Counted from the stretch's first letter, positions 47,375-58,062 are shown. The stretch: 64,000 nucleotides of DNA from Parcubacteria group bacterium M6-OD1-1 (GCA_003056085.1 LSNK01000001.1:152729-216728), one strand, 5' to 3'. Program-made: numbers and translations. Notes: generated from the letters alone by a model not told the origin.

Positions 47375-49162
47375 TTATTTATATTTTTTATCTAACGCCA
47401 TCTGGTGCGCCTTAAAATATTCTTTCGCAAAAATACTCCAGTCAGCCTGAGCTGCCAAGTTGTAAGCGGATATCTTATTTTGAACTCTTTCTCTATGAGA
47501 AAACTTTGAATACTCCAGCATAATTTTAAATAAATCCTCCTCAACATCTTCGTCTTTGCGTTTAAGCCTGTCTATAACATAAACTCCAGGATATTTTTTA
47601 CCTTTAACCTTGTCTTTAAAATATCTTCCAAACCCGGAAAGATCGGTCGTAGCAGAAGCTACGCCAAGACCTGCGCTTTCCAAGGGTGTATAACCCCATG
47701 GTTCATAAAAAGACGGGAATGCCCCAAAATGAGCCCCTTGTATGCTTTCATAATACTCTAAATCCAAAAGTCCGTCAGAACCGCTATTGTAAATCGGATA
47801 AAATACGACTTTAACTTTATCTTCCTCTTTGTTGGTTAAGCCGTTTTCTTTTAAGGCTTTGAGTATAGAATCGTTCGGGTCAATGACATCATGAGTTGCG
47901 AGAAGAGGTGCGTCGTCAACACTGCTTTTTAAACGCTTTATTTGATTTCTCAGCGTTCTTAAAAATGCTTCGTCAAAAAGATCTTCAACCTTAACATCTT
48001 CTTTGGTAAGCAAAGAGTATAAGATTGTTTCGTCTAAGTCATCGTGAACTTCCTCAAAAGAATTCATAATATCATGAAAATACTCTCTTGATTTAACTAA
48101 TTTTTTGTTTATTCCACTAACTCCGGCAGGCACCCATATAAAACTAACTACTGTTTTTTTTGATTTTTCCTCTTTCATTTTTTGATTTAATTTTGCAAGA
48201 GATTTTATAAAAATATCTATACCTTTGTTGTGAAACTCATATCTTGCCCCTAAAAAGTAAAAAAGAGTTTGCTTTAAGTCAAAAGTGTAATAAGGGAAAA
48301 AATAATAAATCAAAAATTCTCTAATTCTGTTTCTTTGAATAGAATGCTGTTTTGTTATCTCTTCAATAGTTGGAAATTTTTCAACATCAATACCGTTTGG
48401 CAATGTCACGTCAGGAGCTCTTCCTAAAAAATGCTCTGCCTCTATCGCTGTGATTTCACTTACCGTAGTAAAAACATCTGCGCTTTGAGCGGCGCTTTTT
48501 TCCACCTTATATTTATGCTGTATAAAGTGAACTCTTGCTTCATTTTCCGGATCTATAGAATCAAAATTAGAATAAAAATCCACATTACTGCTTGCAAGAC
48601 TCCTTCCTAAAGTTGTCGCGTGAGTTGTAAAAACCGTTGCTAAATTTACATTTTTATTTTTAAGATACAAAATAGGCGATCCCGAAAGCCACTCATGAAA
48701 ATGCCCAAGAACTTTTTTATCCGGTACAGAAGCAATAAACTCCTCCAAAAACTTTCCTACACCAAAGCCCCAAACAATCGGATCATTAAAATCGGTGCCG
48801 GCACCGAGAGAATCAACCTGATAAAAATCCCATAATTCTTTTTTTATTGAATCTAAATAAGGCATCAAAGCATCAAATTCTAAAAGTATGACAAGCGGTT
48901 CTCCCTCTATTAACCATTTCCCAAAATGAGCTTTAACACCCTTTTTTTCAATATTCGTAAAAATAGTAGCGAAATATTCCGGAGCCTGAATTTCTTCAAA
49001 CTGACCAATTATTTTATCTTTAAAATAAGGCCCTATTAAAAAATAATTAGAGCCATAGTTTTTAACCATCTCCCTTGCCTTTGAAGCAATCACGGTATTT
49101 ATACCGCCAACTTTGTTAACCGCTTCCCAAGAAACTTCAAAAATAAAATCTGGTTTTTGCAT
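47375..49162 (-). CDS. GT3-type (eukaryote-like) glycogen synthase
   Basis: N-terminal FEVSWEAVNKVGGINTV block is the hallmark of GT3 glycogen synthases. 595 aa. Confidence 0.65.
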   Translation of the reverse strand: MQKPDFIFEVSWEAVNKVGGINTVIASKAREMVKNYGSNYFLIGPYFKDKIIGQFEEIQAPEYFATIFTNIEKKGVKAHFGKWLIEGEPLVILLEFDALMPYLDSIKKELWDFYQVDSLGAGTDFNDPIVWGFGVGKFLEEFIASVPDKKVLGHFHEWLSGSPILYLKNKNVNLATVFTTHATTLGRSLASSNVDFYSNFDSIDPENEARVHFIQHKYKVEKSAAQSADVFTTVSEITAIEAEHFLGRAPDVTLPNGIDVEKFPTIEEITKQHSIQRNRIREFLIYYFFPYYTFDLKQTLFYFLGARYEFHNKGIDIFIKSLAKLNQKMKEEKSKKTVVSFIWVPAGVSGINKKLVKSREYFHDIMNSFEEVHDDLDETILYSLLTKEDVKVEDLFDEAFLRTLRNQIKRLKSSVDDAPLLATHDVIDPNDSILKALKENGLTNKEEDKVKVVFYPIYNSGSDGLLDLEYYESIQGAHFGAFPSFYEPWGYTPLESAGLGVASATTDLSGFGRYFKDKVKGKKYPGVYVIDRLKRKDEDVEEDLFKIMLEYSKFSHRERVQNKISAYNLAAQADWSIFAKEYFKAHQMALDKKYK

Positions 49163-49347
49163 ATTTTTTATATTTAATAAAATTTTTAATTTATAATTAG
49201 TAATTTCACTTCATATCTTTGATTTATTAAAACTAAATAAATTGAGTAAAGTTTGAGGAAAAAACGAGGAGCGGAATAAGTCGTACTAATGATACGACAT
49301 TGAGCACAGAAGTTTTTAACGAAGAAATTTGCTCGATTTATTTAGTT

Positions 49348-50544
49348 TTAAGCTTCTTCAACTCTTTTTTTAAGATCATTATATACATTCATATACGAAA
49401 TAAAAGCGTCGTAAGGGGTGTCGTATGGGTTAAAATATGTATGAACATCTCCATCTGCAAACCATTTTGTGCACATATAATAGAAGTGATCGGAAGTCTG
49501 CAGCTTTCTCCAGTCAGAAATCAACTTTGGATTATTTTTTTTCAAAACAGCATTTTTAATTGAATATATCTTGCTGAGTGCTGAATACTGCATTGAGTTT
49601 GATCTCCACGCGCTTAAGTCGCGCTCTACATCAGCCCATGAAATATATCTACTTACATCTATTTCATCATGACAATTGTAAGAAGCTATCACTTCAGATG
49701 GAGTTTTAAAACCGTTATCTTTGTTTTTTAAAATCTCTCCCGGCAAGGAACGCAGAAAATTAAATATTCCGGTATCTTCCCACTGATGCTCCCCGAAAGT
49801 TTCATAATCCATAAACAAATTTATAACTTCACCATTTCCATTATGAGAAGACACCCAATGGGCAAACTTGTCGGCAGTCAGCGGCCAGTCGTCCCAGTCA
49901 CGAGAAGAAAATCTGAAAGCTATATCGTCTGATAATTTATAATTTTTAAGAAGCAGTTTAATGCGCTCTGTTCCTTTTGGCTTATAAACAAAGTTAGGGC
50001 TTCTCCAGTCTAAAATATCATCAACGCCTTCTGTTAAAATAGCGTCAAAACCAAGATCCTCCGCTATCTTTGCTATACTATTATTATATATTAATTCTGT
50101 ATTTCTAAAAACCTTTGGTTTTACGCCAAAAAAATTCTTTATGATATTTTGGTGCATTTTAATCTGATCTTTAAACTCATCTTCAGAATATAAAGAAGCT
50201 AAAGAGTGATAGTAAGTCTCTGACAAAAACTCAACTTGCCCAGTTTTAATAAGCTTATAAAAAGACAGCAAAACTTCCGGATAATATTCTTCCGCCTGCT
50301 CCAAGAAAGTTCCGGACAAAGAATAACTAATCTTAAATTCGGGATATCTTTTTAATAAAGAAAGCATATTTTCATTTGCAGGCAGATAGCATTTGTCTGC
50401 CACTTTTCTAAAAACTTTTTTATTGTTTAAATCCGTATCTGAGTCATCGTTAAAATAATTATGATCTTTCCCAATATTAAATATAGGATATTTTTTTATC
50501 CTTCTTGGTTGATGAACTTGAAAATAAAAACAAATATCGGGCAT
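49348..50544 (-). CDS. GH57-family glucan hydrolase/branching-enzyme-like protein
   Basis: N-terminal FYFQVHQPRR block (GH57 HQP motif). Glycogen gene context. Confidence 0.65.
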   Translation of the reverse strand: MPDICFYFQVHQPRRIKKYPIFNIGKDHNYFNDDSDTDLNNKKVFRKVADKCYLPANENMLSLLKRYPEFKISYSLSGTFLEQAEEYYPEVLLSFYKLIKTGQVEFLSETYYHSLASLYSEDEFKDQIKMHQNIIKNFFGVKPKVFRNTELIYNNSIAKIAEDLGFDAILTEGVDDILDWRSPNFVYKPKGTERIKLLLKNYKLSDDIAFRFSSRDWDDWPLTADKFAHWVSSHNGNGEVINLFMDYETFGEHQWEDTGIFNFLRSLPGEILKNKDNGFKTPSEVIASYNCHDEIDVSRYISWADVERDLSAWRSNSMQYSALSKIYSIKNAVLKKNNPKLISDWRKLQTSDHFYYMCTKWFADGDVHTYFNPYDTPYDAFISYMNVYNDLKKRVEEA

Positions 50545-50554
50545 ATAAATAAAC

Positions 50555-51754
50555 TTATCGTCTAATTAATTTATTATAAATATCTAAACATTTTTTTGCG
50601 GACTTAGACCAACTAAATTTCTTTAAATCTTTTTGTCCATTTTCTGAAAGACAATCTTTTAATTCTTTATATTCAACTACCGATAAAATTTTTGCCGCCA
50701 TATCTTCGACGTCCCAAAAATCGGTTTTTAAGCAATGAACTATATTCTCTCCAACTCCGGTTTGTTTTGATATTAAAACCGGGGTGCCGTTTTGGATTGA
50801 CTCAAGCACGGTAAGACCGAAAGGCTCAGAAATTGAAGGCATAACATAAAGATCTGCTGACTGATAAAGATTTTCCAATTCTTCTCCTCTCAAAAAACCT
50901 GCAAATAAAAAACTGTCTGAAATACCCATATTGGATGCGTCTTCTATTATTTTATTTTGCATATCACCGGAACCCGCCATAACAAAAAGTATATCTGGAT
51001 TGTGCTCCAAGCATTTTTTAGCGGCTGCAAGAAAATAATCCGGTCCTTTTTGGATAGTTATTCTTCCTACAAAAGCAACTATCGGTCTGCCTTTTAAATT
51101 AATTTTTAAAGTATCTTTGTGTTTTTTAATCTCTTTTTCTTCAGGAGCATTATACACAACCTCAATTTTTTCTTCAGGTATGCCATAATGCCTCACGATG
51201 GTGTCTTTTGTAAGCTGAGAAACCGCTATTATTTTATCCGCTTTTTCCATTCCTATTTTTTCCACTTCATAAACAAGCGGATTTACTCCTGTTCCTCCGG
51301 TTCTATCAAATTCCGTCGCATGAACGTGAACAATGAGGGGTTTTTGTGAAACTTTTTTTGCTTCAATGCCAGCTAAAAAAGAAAGCCAGTCATGAGCATG
51401 AATAACATCAAAATTTTCTTTCTGGGCTATTTTTCTTGCAAGTTTTCCATATCTTAAAACCTCTTCAAAAAGCGTATTGCCGTAAAAATGCTCTATCTGA
51501 AAATCATAAATAAGTTTTGAATATTTCTCTGAGGATAAATACGCAGACAAAAAAGAATCAACTTTTTTTACCTCTACATTTAAATCCGCAAATATAACAT
51601 CAAAATTATTTTCAGAAATATTTTTTTTCCTCGGCAAAACAAAAACAACTTCTGCGTCCTTCTGACTTAAAGCTTTTGTGAGATTAAAACAGGCAACACC
51701 TAAACCTCCGCTGTTTTCAGGCGGAAGCTCCCACCCGAACATTAAAATCCTCAT
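50555..51754 (-). CDS. GT4-family glycosyltransferase
   Basis: GT-B N-terminal RILMFGWELPPENSGGLG and C-terminal E-x7-E region. Confidence 0.65.
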   Translation of the reverse strand: MRILMFGWELPPENSGGLGVACFNLTKALSQKDAEVVFVLPRKKNISENNFDVIFADLNVEVKKVDSFLSAYLSSEKYSKLIYDFQIEHFYGNTLFEEVLRYGKLARKIAQKENFDVIHAHDWLSFLAGIEAKKVSQKPLIVHVHATEFDRTGGTGVNPLVYEVEKIGMEKADKIIAVSQLTKDTIVRHYGIPEEKIEVVYNAPEEKEIKKHKDTLKINLKGRPIVAFVGRITIQKGPDYFLAAAKKCLEHNPDILFVMAGSGDMQNKIIEDASNMGISDSFLFAGFLRGEELENLYQSADLYVMPSISEPFGLTVLESIQNGTPVLISKQTGVGENIVHCLKTDFWDVEDMAAKILSVVEYKELKDCLSENGQKDLKKFSWSKSAKKCLDIYNKLIRR

Positions 51755-52043
51755 TTTTCAAAGACATGTCGCACAATACTTTCTGCAGAAAAATTTTCTA
51801 ATTTAAAACAAAACAAAGCAAAAAGCATATATAACATACTTCTGTCAGAAATATTTTTACTAAGTAGCGGTTTAAATTAAAAAATCACCGCAAAAAAGGA
51901 CATCGCGTGACAAGCCTGCTAAGTCCCGCATTTATTATTTTTAGTGTCACTAAAAAATAATAACCGGTAGATTTATTTAAAAATAACCAACTGAGTGCAC
52001 CCGGTGCACATTTTAATTATATAACAAACAGCACTAAAAAACA

Positions 52044-52075
52044 AAAATACCGAATACAAAATTCGGTATTTTTTG
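52044..52075. terminator. rho-independent terminator
   Basis: aaaataccgaat-acaaa-attcggtatttttt. Confidence 0.55.
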
Positions 52076-52091
52076 TGCATAACTTTTTAAA

Positions 52092-52604
52092 TTATTTATT
52101 TAAAAAATCATTTATCTTTTTTTCATCAAATTCCTCCAAAATTTTTACTTTTCCGGGAGCGGTAAGTATTATTTTGCCGTCATATTTAGAGCTTGGAGCC
52201 AAATATACCGATTTTGGGAATTTCTTTGCTATAGCGGTTAATTTATCAACTAAATCTTCTTCACATTCAAATTTCGTGCAATTGTATTGAATAATCTTTC
52301 CCGGAGCACCCCCTCCGTCTGCATGTTCAAGCATATGTTTTTGGACACTTTCAGGCATTTCTTCATTAAGAATATGAGATTTTGGAACATCTTCAGAATG
52401 TCCTTGAGAAGAAATGGTGGGAAGTACTTTTGCGCTTGAAGCAAAGTACCAAATAACCCAAATAATGCCAAAAATAATCAAAAAAACATAAACTGTATTT
52501 AAAATACCTTTCATTGCCTTTTTTCTTTTTGCTTGAGCTTTATTTTTTATTTTCTCCTCTTTTTTTAATCTTCTTTTTTCTTGTTTTGAATTTTGTTCTT
52601 CCAT
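52092..52604 (-). CDS. hypothetical membrane-anchored protein
   Basis: Lys-rich N-terminus, one TM segment and a Cys-containing C-terminal domain. Confidence 0.35.
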   Translation of the reverse strand: MEEQNSKQEKRRLKKEEKIKNKAQAKRKKAMKGILNTVYVFLIIFGIIWVIWYFASSAKVLPTISSQGHSEDVPKSHILNEEMPESVQKHMLEHADGGGAPGKIIQYNCTKFECEEDLVDKLTAIAKKFPKSVYLAPSSKYDGKIILTAPGKVKILEEFDEKKINDFLNK

Positions 52605-52614
52605 TTCTAAAAAA

Positions 52615-52944
52615 TTATTTTTTATTATTTCTCTTTTTTGCGGCAGTTTTTGTTTTTAAGCGCGCTTCTAATTTTTTAACTCTTTTTTCCAAAGACAAAA
52701 GGTCTTTTTGTTTCGCTAAGGCAACTTTTTTTGCAAAACAAACAGCTTCTTTTTTAATCTGAGCTTGAAGTTTTGCCTCAGTTTTTTTTGAATTTTCTAT
52801 AAACTTAGACAACATAGCCTCACCTTCCTTTTTTGTTATCTTGTTTTTTTTAATAAGACTTTTTATATTTTTATCAAGTTCTTTTTGAGCTTTAGAATAA
52901 ACGCCTACCCCGAACAAAACACTTTTTTTTATAAAATCTTTCAT
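52615..52944 (-). CDS. hypothetical coiled-coil protein
   Basis: ORF only. Confidence 0.3.
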   Translation of the reverse strand: MKDFIKKSVLFGVGVYSKAQKELDKNIKSLIKKNKITKKEGEAMLSKFIENSKKTEAKLQAQIKKEAVCFAKKVALAKQKDLLSLEKRVKKLEARLKTKTAAKKRNNKK

Positions 52945-53013
52945 ATTTTTATTTTTAAAATTTTAATAAATACAATTTTATTATATAATGAAATGGTGTA
53001 ATTATACAACTTT

Positions 53014-53640
53014 ATGAAATCAAAGATTATAGACTTTTTTTATATTTTAAGCTTTTTCTTCAGTTTTGCTGTCGGTGTATTTTATTTTTACCTGACAAAA
53101 AATGAATTGGTTGGTTTTTTTATTTATACCGCAGCAGGACCACTATTACTTTCAATTCCTTTATTCCTGAAAAAAATAAAAGTGATTTATGAAAACTATA
53201 ATGACAACCTAAATAAGTTAGTAAAACTCTCTTTATTTTCAATAGTTTATGCTCATGGTTTTGGTTCTTTGGGTCTATACGATAAATCTTTTGAATACGA
53301 TCAAATAGCTCATTTCATCACCCTTGTATTCACAACAATACTGCTTGCACTGCTTTATAGAATAATAATAGTAGATGTTTTAAAAAGAAAAGAACATAAA
53401 CTTTTTATTGTTTTTTCCGTATTATTTTTATTGGGAATTTTAGGAGGAGCATTAACTGAAATAATCCAATTTTTCTCAGATAAATTTTTTGGAAGCAATA
53501 TGTTTTTTGATACAGATCAAATAATAAATATTGATGTTTTAACGGACATGAGAGCGAATTTACTCGGTTCACTGGCTGGAATTTTATTTTTAAAACTAAA
53601 ATGGTCAAAAATCAAAGAAAAAATAATAAAAAATAGTTAA
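53014..53640 (+). CDS. hypothetical polytopic membrane protein
   Basis: Multiple hydrophobic segments. Confidence 0.35.
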   Translation: MKSKIIDFFYILSFFFSFAVGVFYFYLTKNELVGFFIYTAAGPLLLSIPLFLKKIKVIYENYNDNLNKLVKLSLFSIVYAHGFGSLGLYDKSFEYDQIAHFITLVFTTILLALLYRIIIVDVLKRKEHKLFIVFSVLFLLGILGGALTEIIQFFSDKFFGSNMFFDTDQIINIDVLTDMRANLLGSLAGILFLKLKWSKIKEKIIKNS

Positions 53641-53656
53641 TATCTTTAAATAAATA

Positions 53657-55258
53657 TTATTTTATTATCACAATATCTCCTTCATATAAACCTGATAAAA
53701 TCTCTATTTTATCCTCAGACTCTTCTCCTGTCTCCACCTTCACCTCTCTTTTTGAACTTCCTTCAAGCAATATAACCTTCTTATAATTATCTTTTCTTAT
53801 TAAGGCGCTCTGAGGAATAACCAATACTCCTTTTTTTACAGTAGCTCTTATTTTAAGCTTTACATCCATTCCAAGCTTAAGCTTATCGCTTTCTTTTAAA
53901 AAAGCAATGAACACTTTAGACTTGTCGCTATTTCCTTCTATATTTACGACATTACCTTCAATGCCGCTTTTTTTCTCCGTATTTAAAATTATATCCACCT
54001 TATCTCCTACTTTTATTTTTTCAGCATCTTTTTTGGAAAGCTCAGACTCCACTTGAAAATCAGATATTAAAATTAAAGATACTACCGGTTTTTGAGACTC
54101 TACTAAAGAACCTTTTTTAACATAAATGTTTTTTACTATTCCTGATATCGGAGCTGTGAGATTCATATTTTTTATCTTCTCAACCGTTAATGCCTTAAGC
54201 GCTCCGGCCTCTTTTATCTGCGCCTCATAAACCGCTATTTCAACATCTCTTGGTTTAGCTTTTTTCAGCGCAAGTTCTCCTTCTTTTTCTGCAAGCAACG
54301 CCCTTTTTGAATTTACTAAATTTTCAGCCTCTGAAAGAGAATTTTGATTTGTAATTTTTTGCAAAGATATTGCTTGCTCCTTGTTTAAAAGTTCTGTTTG
54401 AATAGAATTTACCCCTGCTCTTGCTCGGTTAATGTCAGAAATAAACTCTTCTATGCTTTTTTGCCCGGAAATAACGGCAGCTGTTTCCAAAGCTTCGTAA
54501 GTTTTATTTAAAGAAACTCTTAATATTTCTAAATTTACTTTAAATTTTGGAAGTATTTTATCTATATTTTTATTAGAAGAATCTTCTTTTAGTTTTTCAA
54601 AATCATTTTTAATTTCTAAAAATGCGTTTCTTGTAAAGATAATCTGCCATTCTGCATCTGATTTTTTGCTAAAATCTCTTACAAAGAAAAAATTATTAAA
54701 CTTATTGCTTGGTTGATAAATCAAATCCAATATATCCATAGCATTGTTTGCTGTCAGCAAAACCGAATCCGACACATCAACCGCAGACTGATAAGTTTGA
54801 GTTAGCTTATTATCTAATTTTATTTTTAAATTTTCAAAATTTTGCAATGCATTATTCAAATTAATCTTGGCAGTTTCAACTTGAGCTTCAAAAAGATCCA
54901 ACTCCTCATTTCTTGTTCCTGCTAAAAGTTGAGAAAGCTTGGCTTTTGCAAGCTCTATTTGAGCTTCAGATTTTTTGAGCTCTGCTTTTTGAGCATTGGA
55001 ATTTAAAGACATCAAGATATCCCCTTCTTTAACTTTAGTTCCTGAAGAAATATAAATTTTATCAACTCTGCCGGCAACCTCAAAACCCATTTTTACCTCA
55101 TCTGAAGCAATAATTTTACCAAAAGCAGATATATTTTGAATAATATCACCTCTTTTTACTTCAAAAATTTCGGGCTTGCTCAAAAAAAATGAATAATATA
55201 TCCACGCTATAAGGAAAGCCCCTAAAACAACTATTATTATTTGTTTTTTCTTATTCAT
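53657..55258 (-). CDS. HlyD-family periplasmic adaptor (membrane-fusion) protein
   Basis: N-terminal anchor, long coiled-coil region and a C-terminal beta-barrel-like region. Confidence 0.55.
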   Translation of the reverse strand: MNKKKQIIIVVLGAFLIAWIYYSFFLSKPEIFEVKRGDIIQNISAFGKIIASDEVKMGFEVAGRVDKIYISSGTKVKEGDILMSLNSNAQKAELKKSEAQIELAKAKLSQLLAGTRNEELDLFEAQVETAKINLNNALQNFENLKIKLDNKLTQTYQSAVDVSDSVLLTANNAMDILDLIYQPSNKFNNFFFVRDFSKKSDAEWQIIFTRNAFLEIKNDFEKLKEDSSNKNIDKILPKFKVNLEILRVSLNKTYEALETAAVISGQKSIEEFISDINRARAGVNSIQTELLNKEQAISLQKITNQNSLSEAENLVNSKRALLAEKEGELALKKAKPRDVEIAVYEAQIKEAGALKALTVEKIKNMNLTAPISGIVKNIYVKKGSLVESQKPVVSLILISDFQVESELSKKDAEKIKVGDKVDIILNTEKKSGIEGNVVNIEGNSDKSKVFIAFLKESDKLKLGMDVKLKIRATVKKGVLVIPQSALIRKDNYKKVILLEGSSKREVKVETGEESEDKIEILSGLYEGDIVIIK

Positions 55259-55534
55259 AATTGCTATTTATAGCATACTTTTTTAAAATTGGACAGTCTT
55301 AAAATAAGTTTGAAAAATTCATCATAAAAAGGAAAAAGGCGGACCAATTGGACCGCCTTTTAAAAAACTAACTTAAATTAACTAATGATTATTTATTCAA
55401 ATGAAATGAACAAATGAGTGTATACGTCGTACAAGACAATATTTTTTTGCATCCTGCACTGTCACGCACTTAACTCTTTAACATTTTCATTATACTATAA
55501 TTTTAAAAAATTATACAATACCGACTGTGGATAA

Positions 55535-56143
55535 CTAATTTATAGGACGTACTCTCATTTGCGACTCACCGTTTACGCATTGCTCAAAATCATATTTTTT
55601 TTCTATCATTTTATCTTCTATAAATCCGAGCAAAGCATTACCGCCCAGATAATCTCTTTGGACACCTATATAAACGCCTTCCGGCACAGTGCATCCAAAA
55701 CGACTCTGAGAAATGTCAAAATAATTGTAATCATATTTACCTGCCCATGGAGTGCTGCTTATCCACCTCATATACGGACCATTCCAATTTGCCGCAATTA
55801 TATTTTGCCAGCCTGCGGGACAATGACTGCAATCTGTACCGGGCACTCCCGCATTTGGATCTCCTGCTTCTGCATCCGGATTCCAAGGCAAAGGACGCTC
55901 AAACCCGGGGTCCCAACCAACATTTGTTTCAGGAGGATAAAACCCCATATCACCCAAATAAAGATCAGCGGCTTTTATAGTTTCTCTTTGAAAAGCGCCC
56001 GTCTCCGCTATCTTTGCGAGATCACGAGCATAACGCACACTCAACAAAACAGTATTTGCCAAAATACCAATAATAGCCAAAGTAATTATTATTTCAATCA
56101 AGGTAAATCCTTTGCTTTTACGCAGATCAGATTTTTTAATCAT
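55535..56143 (-). CDS. type IV pilin-like protein (prepilin-type N-terminal domain)
   Basis: KGFTLIEIIITLAIIGIL matches the class-III signal and methylation motif (G-F-T-L-I-E). Confidence 0.65.
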   Translation of the reverse strand: MIKKSDLRKSKGFTLIEIIITLAIIGILANTVLLSVRYARDLAKIAETGAFQRETIKAADLYLGDMGFYPPETNVGWDPGFERPLPWNPDAEAGDPNAGVPGTDCSHCPAGWQNIIAANWNGPYMRWISSTPWAGKYDYNYFDISQSRFGCTVPEGVYIGVQRDYLGGNALLGFIEDKMIEKKYDFEQCVNGESQMRVRPIN

Positions 56144-56306
56144 ATTTAGAACATCAATAAAATTTAATTATATTGTACCATAATTGCAAAATAAATAAGA
56201 GTTAGAATTCATTTCGTACGATGATATAACATAAATAAAAATTAAAAAACCGCCTGTTTTATAAATTAAAGACGATTTTTAAATTCTTCTTTGAAAATTT
56301 ATTTTA

Positions 56307-56765
56307 TTATTTTGAAAACATTCCTCTAAGCGTTTTTACACTAAAGTAAAAAGCAAAAAGAAAATTAATAGCAAGGGAGTAATTTACTACAAATAGTAAA
56401 GATTTTAAAAAACTTCCATTATCGGTAAGATAAAATTGTATGCTGTAATATTCAAAAAAAGTAATAGCTAAGAAGGAAATTACAGCATTTGAAAACATAA
56501 CAAACTTTTGTTTTGGACTTGTAAGTCCTGCCAGTAAAATTAACAGTATAGCGCCTCCAAAAATAAGAACTCTATTATAAGTCAGCAAATTATAAAAGAA
56601 TGGAAATGTGACTAAAATAGTAATGCTTCCGGCAAAAAAGAGCTTTCTTATTATATCACCATAATAATGCTCTGAAATAGCAATTTCCTCTTTTAAAGAA
56701 CCTTCAAAAGACTCATCGCTCATACTAATTTTTTTCTCTTCTTTATTCATAGTATTATTACACAT
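56307..56765 (-). CDS. hypothetical membrane protein
   Basis: Hydrophobic segments. 1-bp overlap with the cupin gene. Confidence 0.35.
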   Translation of the reverse strand: MCNNTMNKEEKKISMSDESFEGSLKEEIAISEHYYGDIIRKLFFAGSITILVTFPFFYNLLTYNRVLIFGGAILLILLAGLTSPKQKFVMFSNAVISFLAITFFEYYSIQFYLTDNGSFLKSLLFVVNYSLAINFLFAFYFSVKTLRGMFSK

Positions 56766-57151
56766 TACTCGCCATGCTCTAATCTTTCAGCTTCATCCGC
56801 TTCTTCTTTTGTTTTATGAATAGTTTCTGGAGCGTGTTCTGGCGGAGAATATATTGTGTAAAGCTTTAATTCTTTATCTTCTGATGTGTTTATTACATTA
56901 TGCTCGGTACCCGATGGTATAACAACAGCATAGTCATCTTTTATTTCAGATTCTTCTCCGTCTAACACAACCTTTCCTTCTCCCGACTCAACTCTTATAA
57001 ATTGATCCAAACTATGAACCTCCATTCCTATCTCCTCCTTTGGTTTTAAATTCATAACAACAAGCTGGCTGTTTGGCGCAGTATATAAAACTTTTCTAAA
57101 ATATTCATTTTTTAATGTTTCTTCTTCAATGTTTGCTATATATCCTTTCAT
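56765..57151 (-). CDS. cupin-domain protein
   Basis: Two-His cupin blocks (GMEVHSLDQ ... GTEHNVIN). Confidence 0.6.
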   Translation of the reverse strand: MKGYIANIEEETLKNEYFRKVLYTAPNSQLVVMNLKPKEEIGMEVHSLDQFIRVESGEGKVVLDGEESEIKDDYAVVIPSGTEHNVINTSEDKELKLYTIYSPPEHAPETIHKTKEEADEAERLEHGE

Positions 57152-57342
57152 ATTTTTATTTTAATAATTACCTAATTTCAGTTTACTCCTATAAACATAA
57201 AAATCAAATAAAAAGTAAAAGGACGGCACGATTGTGCCGTCCTTGTTTATTGGAAAATGGATGATTCTTCTTGAAATCTACAAATTAGCTAAGGCCAATT
57301 CATACTTTCTCCTTGCCTTCGCAGGCAATACGCGGGGCAGGT

Positions 57343-57447
57343 TCAGGCGGTGGCCAGATCGTGGCAGGCGCCGGCAGCGGTGGCGATCAGAGTTGTTGTC
57401 TTCTTCAATACGGTAGCATTCTGGTGGTTGGGGTCATTGTTGTGCAT
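57343..57447 (-). other. candidate 34-codon small ORF (MHNNDPNHQNATVLKKTTTLIATAAGACHDLATA) inside a GC-rich patch, which may instead be an ncRNA
   Basis: AAGGAG sits 6-11 nt upstream of the ATG. GC-rich codons are atypical for this genome. The patch is bounded by terminator hairpins at 57218-57246 (minus sense) and 57461-57488 (plus sense). Confidence 0.2.
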
Positions 57448-57629
57448 GTCTGCTCCTTGTAGCTCGGCATCCCGAGCGGTTGTTTTTTAAAGTCACATCC
57501 CAGCTGACAACTTAATCCATCAGCTTCAAAGACACATTAACATCTTTAGAAAAACTTGTCAATAGCCTGTGGATATGTTATATTATTTTAGTGTTCATTT
57601 AAATGTATTTATCCGGAGCAAATATCAAG

Positions 57630-58062
57630 ATAAATAGACAATCGCTCTTTTGTTTGCTTGCAAGCGAGAGAGAGGAAAGTCCGGACTCCAACTATTATTT
57701 ATAATAGTTAAAACGCAGCGGCTAACAGCCGTCAAAGGAAACTTAGAGGTGCGAGCAGAGACGCCGATATTGGAAACGATATTCGGGCGATTCATTTATT
57801 TGGATCGTAGCCCCTTACTTGCTTGCAAGTAAGGGGGTGAAACGGCTAAATCCTTGCGGGGTGCAAGACAGTATTCCCCTTCACTTGGTTTTTTGAGTAA
57901 ATTTTTAAGTTGAATTTATACTTAAAATTTTCATTCACAAGCCCAAGTGAGGGGGAGGTAGTCGCATGAGCTTATTAGTAATAATAAGCCAAGATAAATG
58001 ATTGTCACCCTTAACTTGCTTGCAAATTAAGGGATACAGAATCCGGCTTATTTTTATCTTTA
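57630..58062 (+). ncRNA. rnpB: RNase P RNA (bacterial)
   Basis: GAGGAAAGUCCGGACUC near the 5' end, GGGUGAAACGG in the middle and ACAGAAUCCGGCUUAU near the 3' end. P1 pairs aagauaaa (5') with uuuaucuu (3'). Terminator at 58128-58158. Confidence 0.85.
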
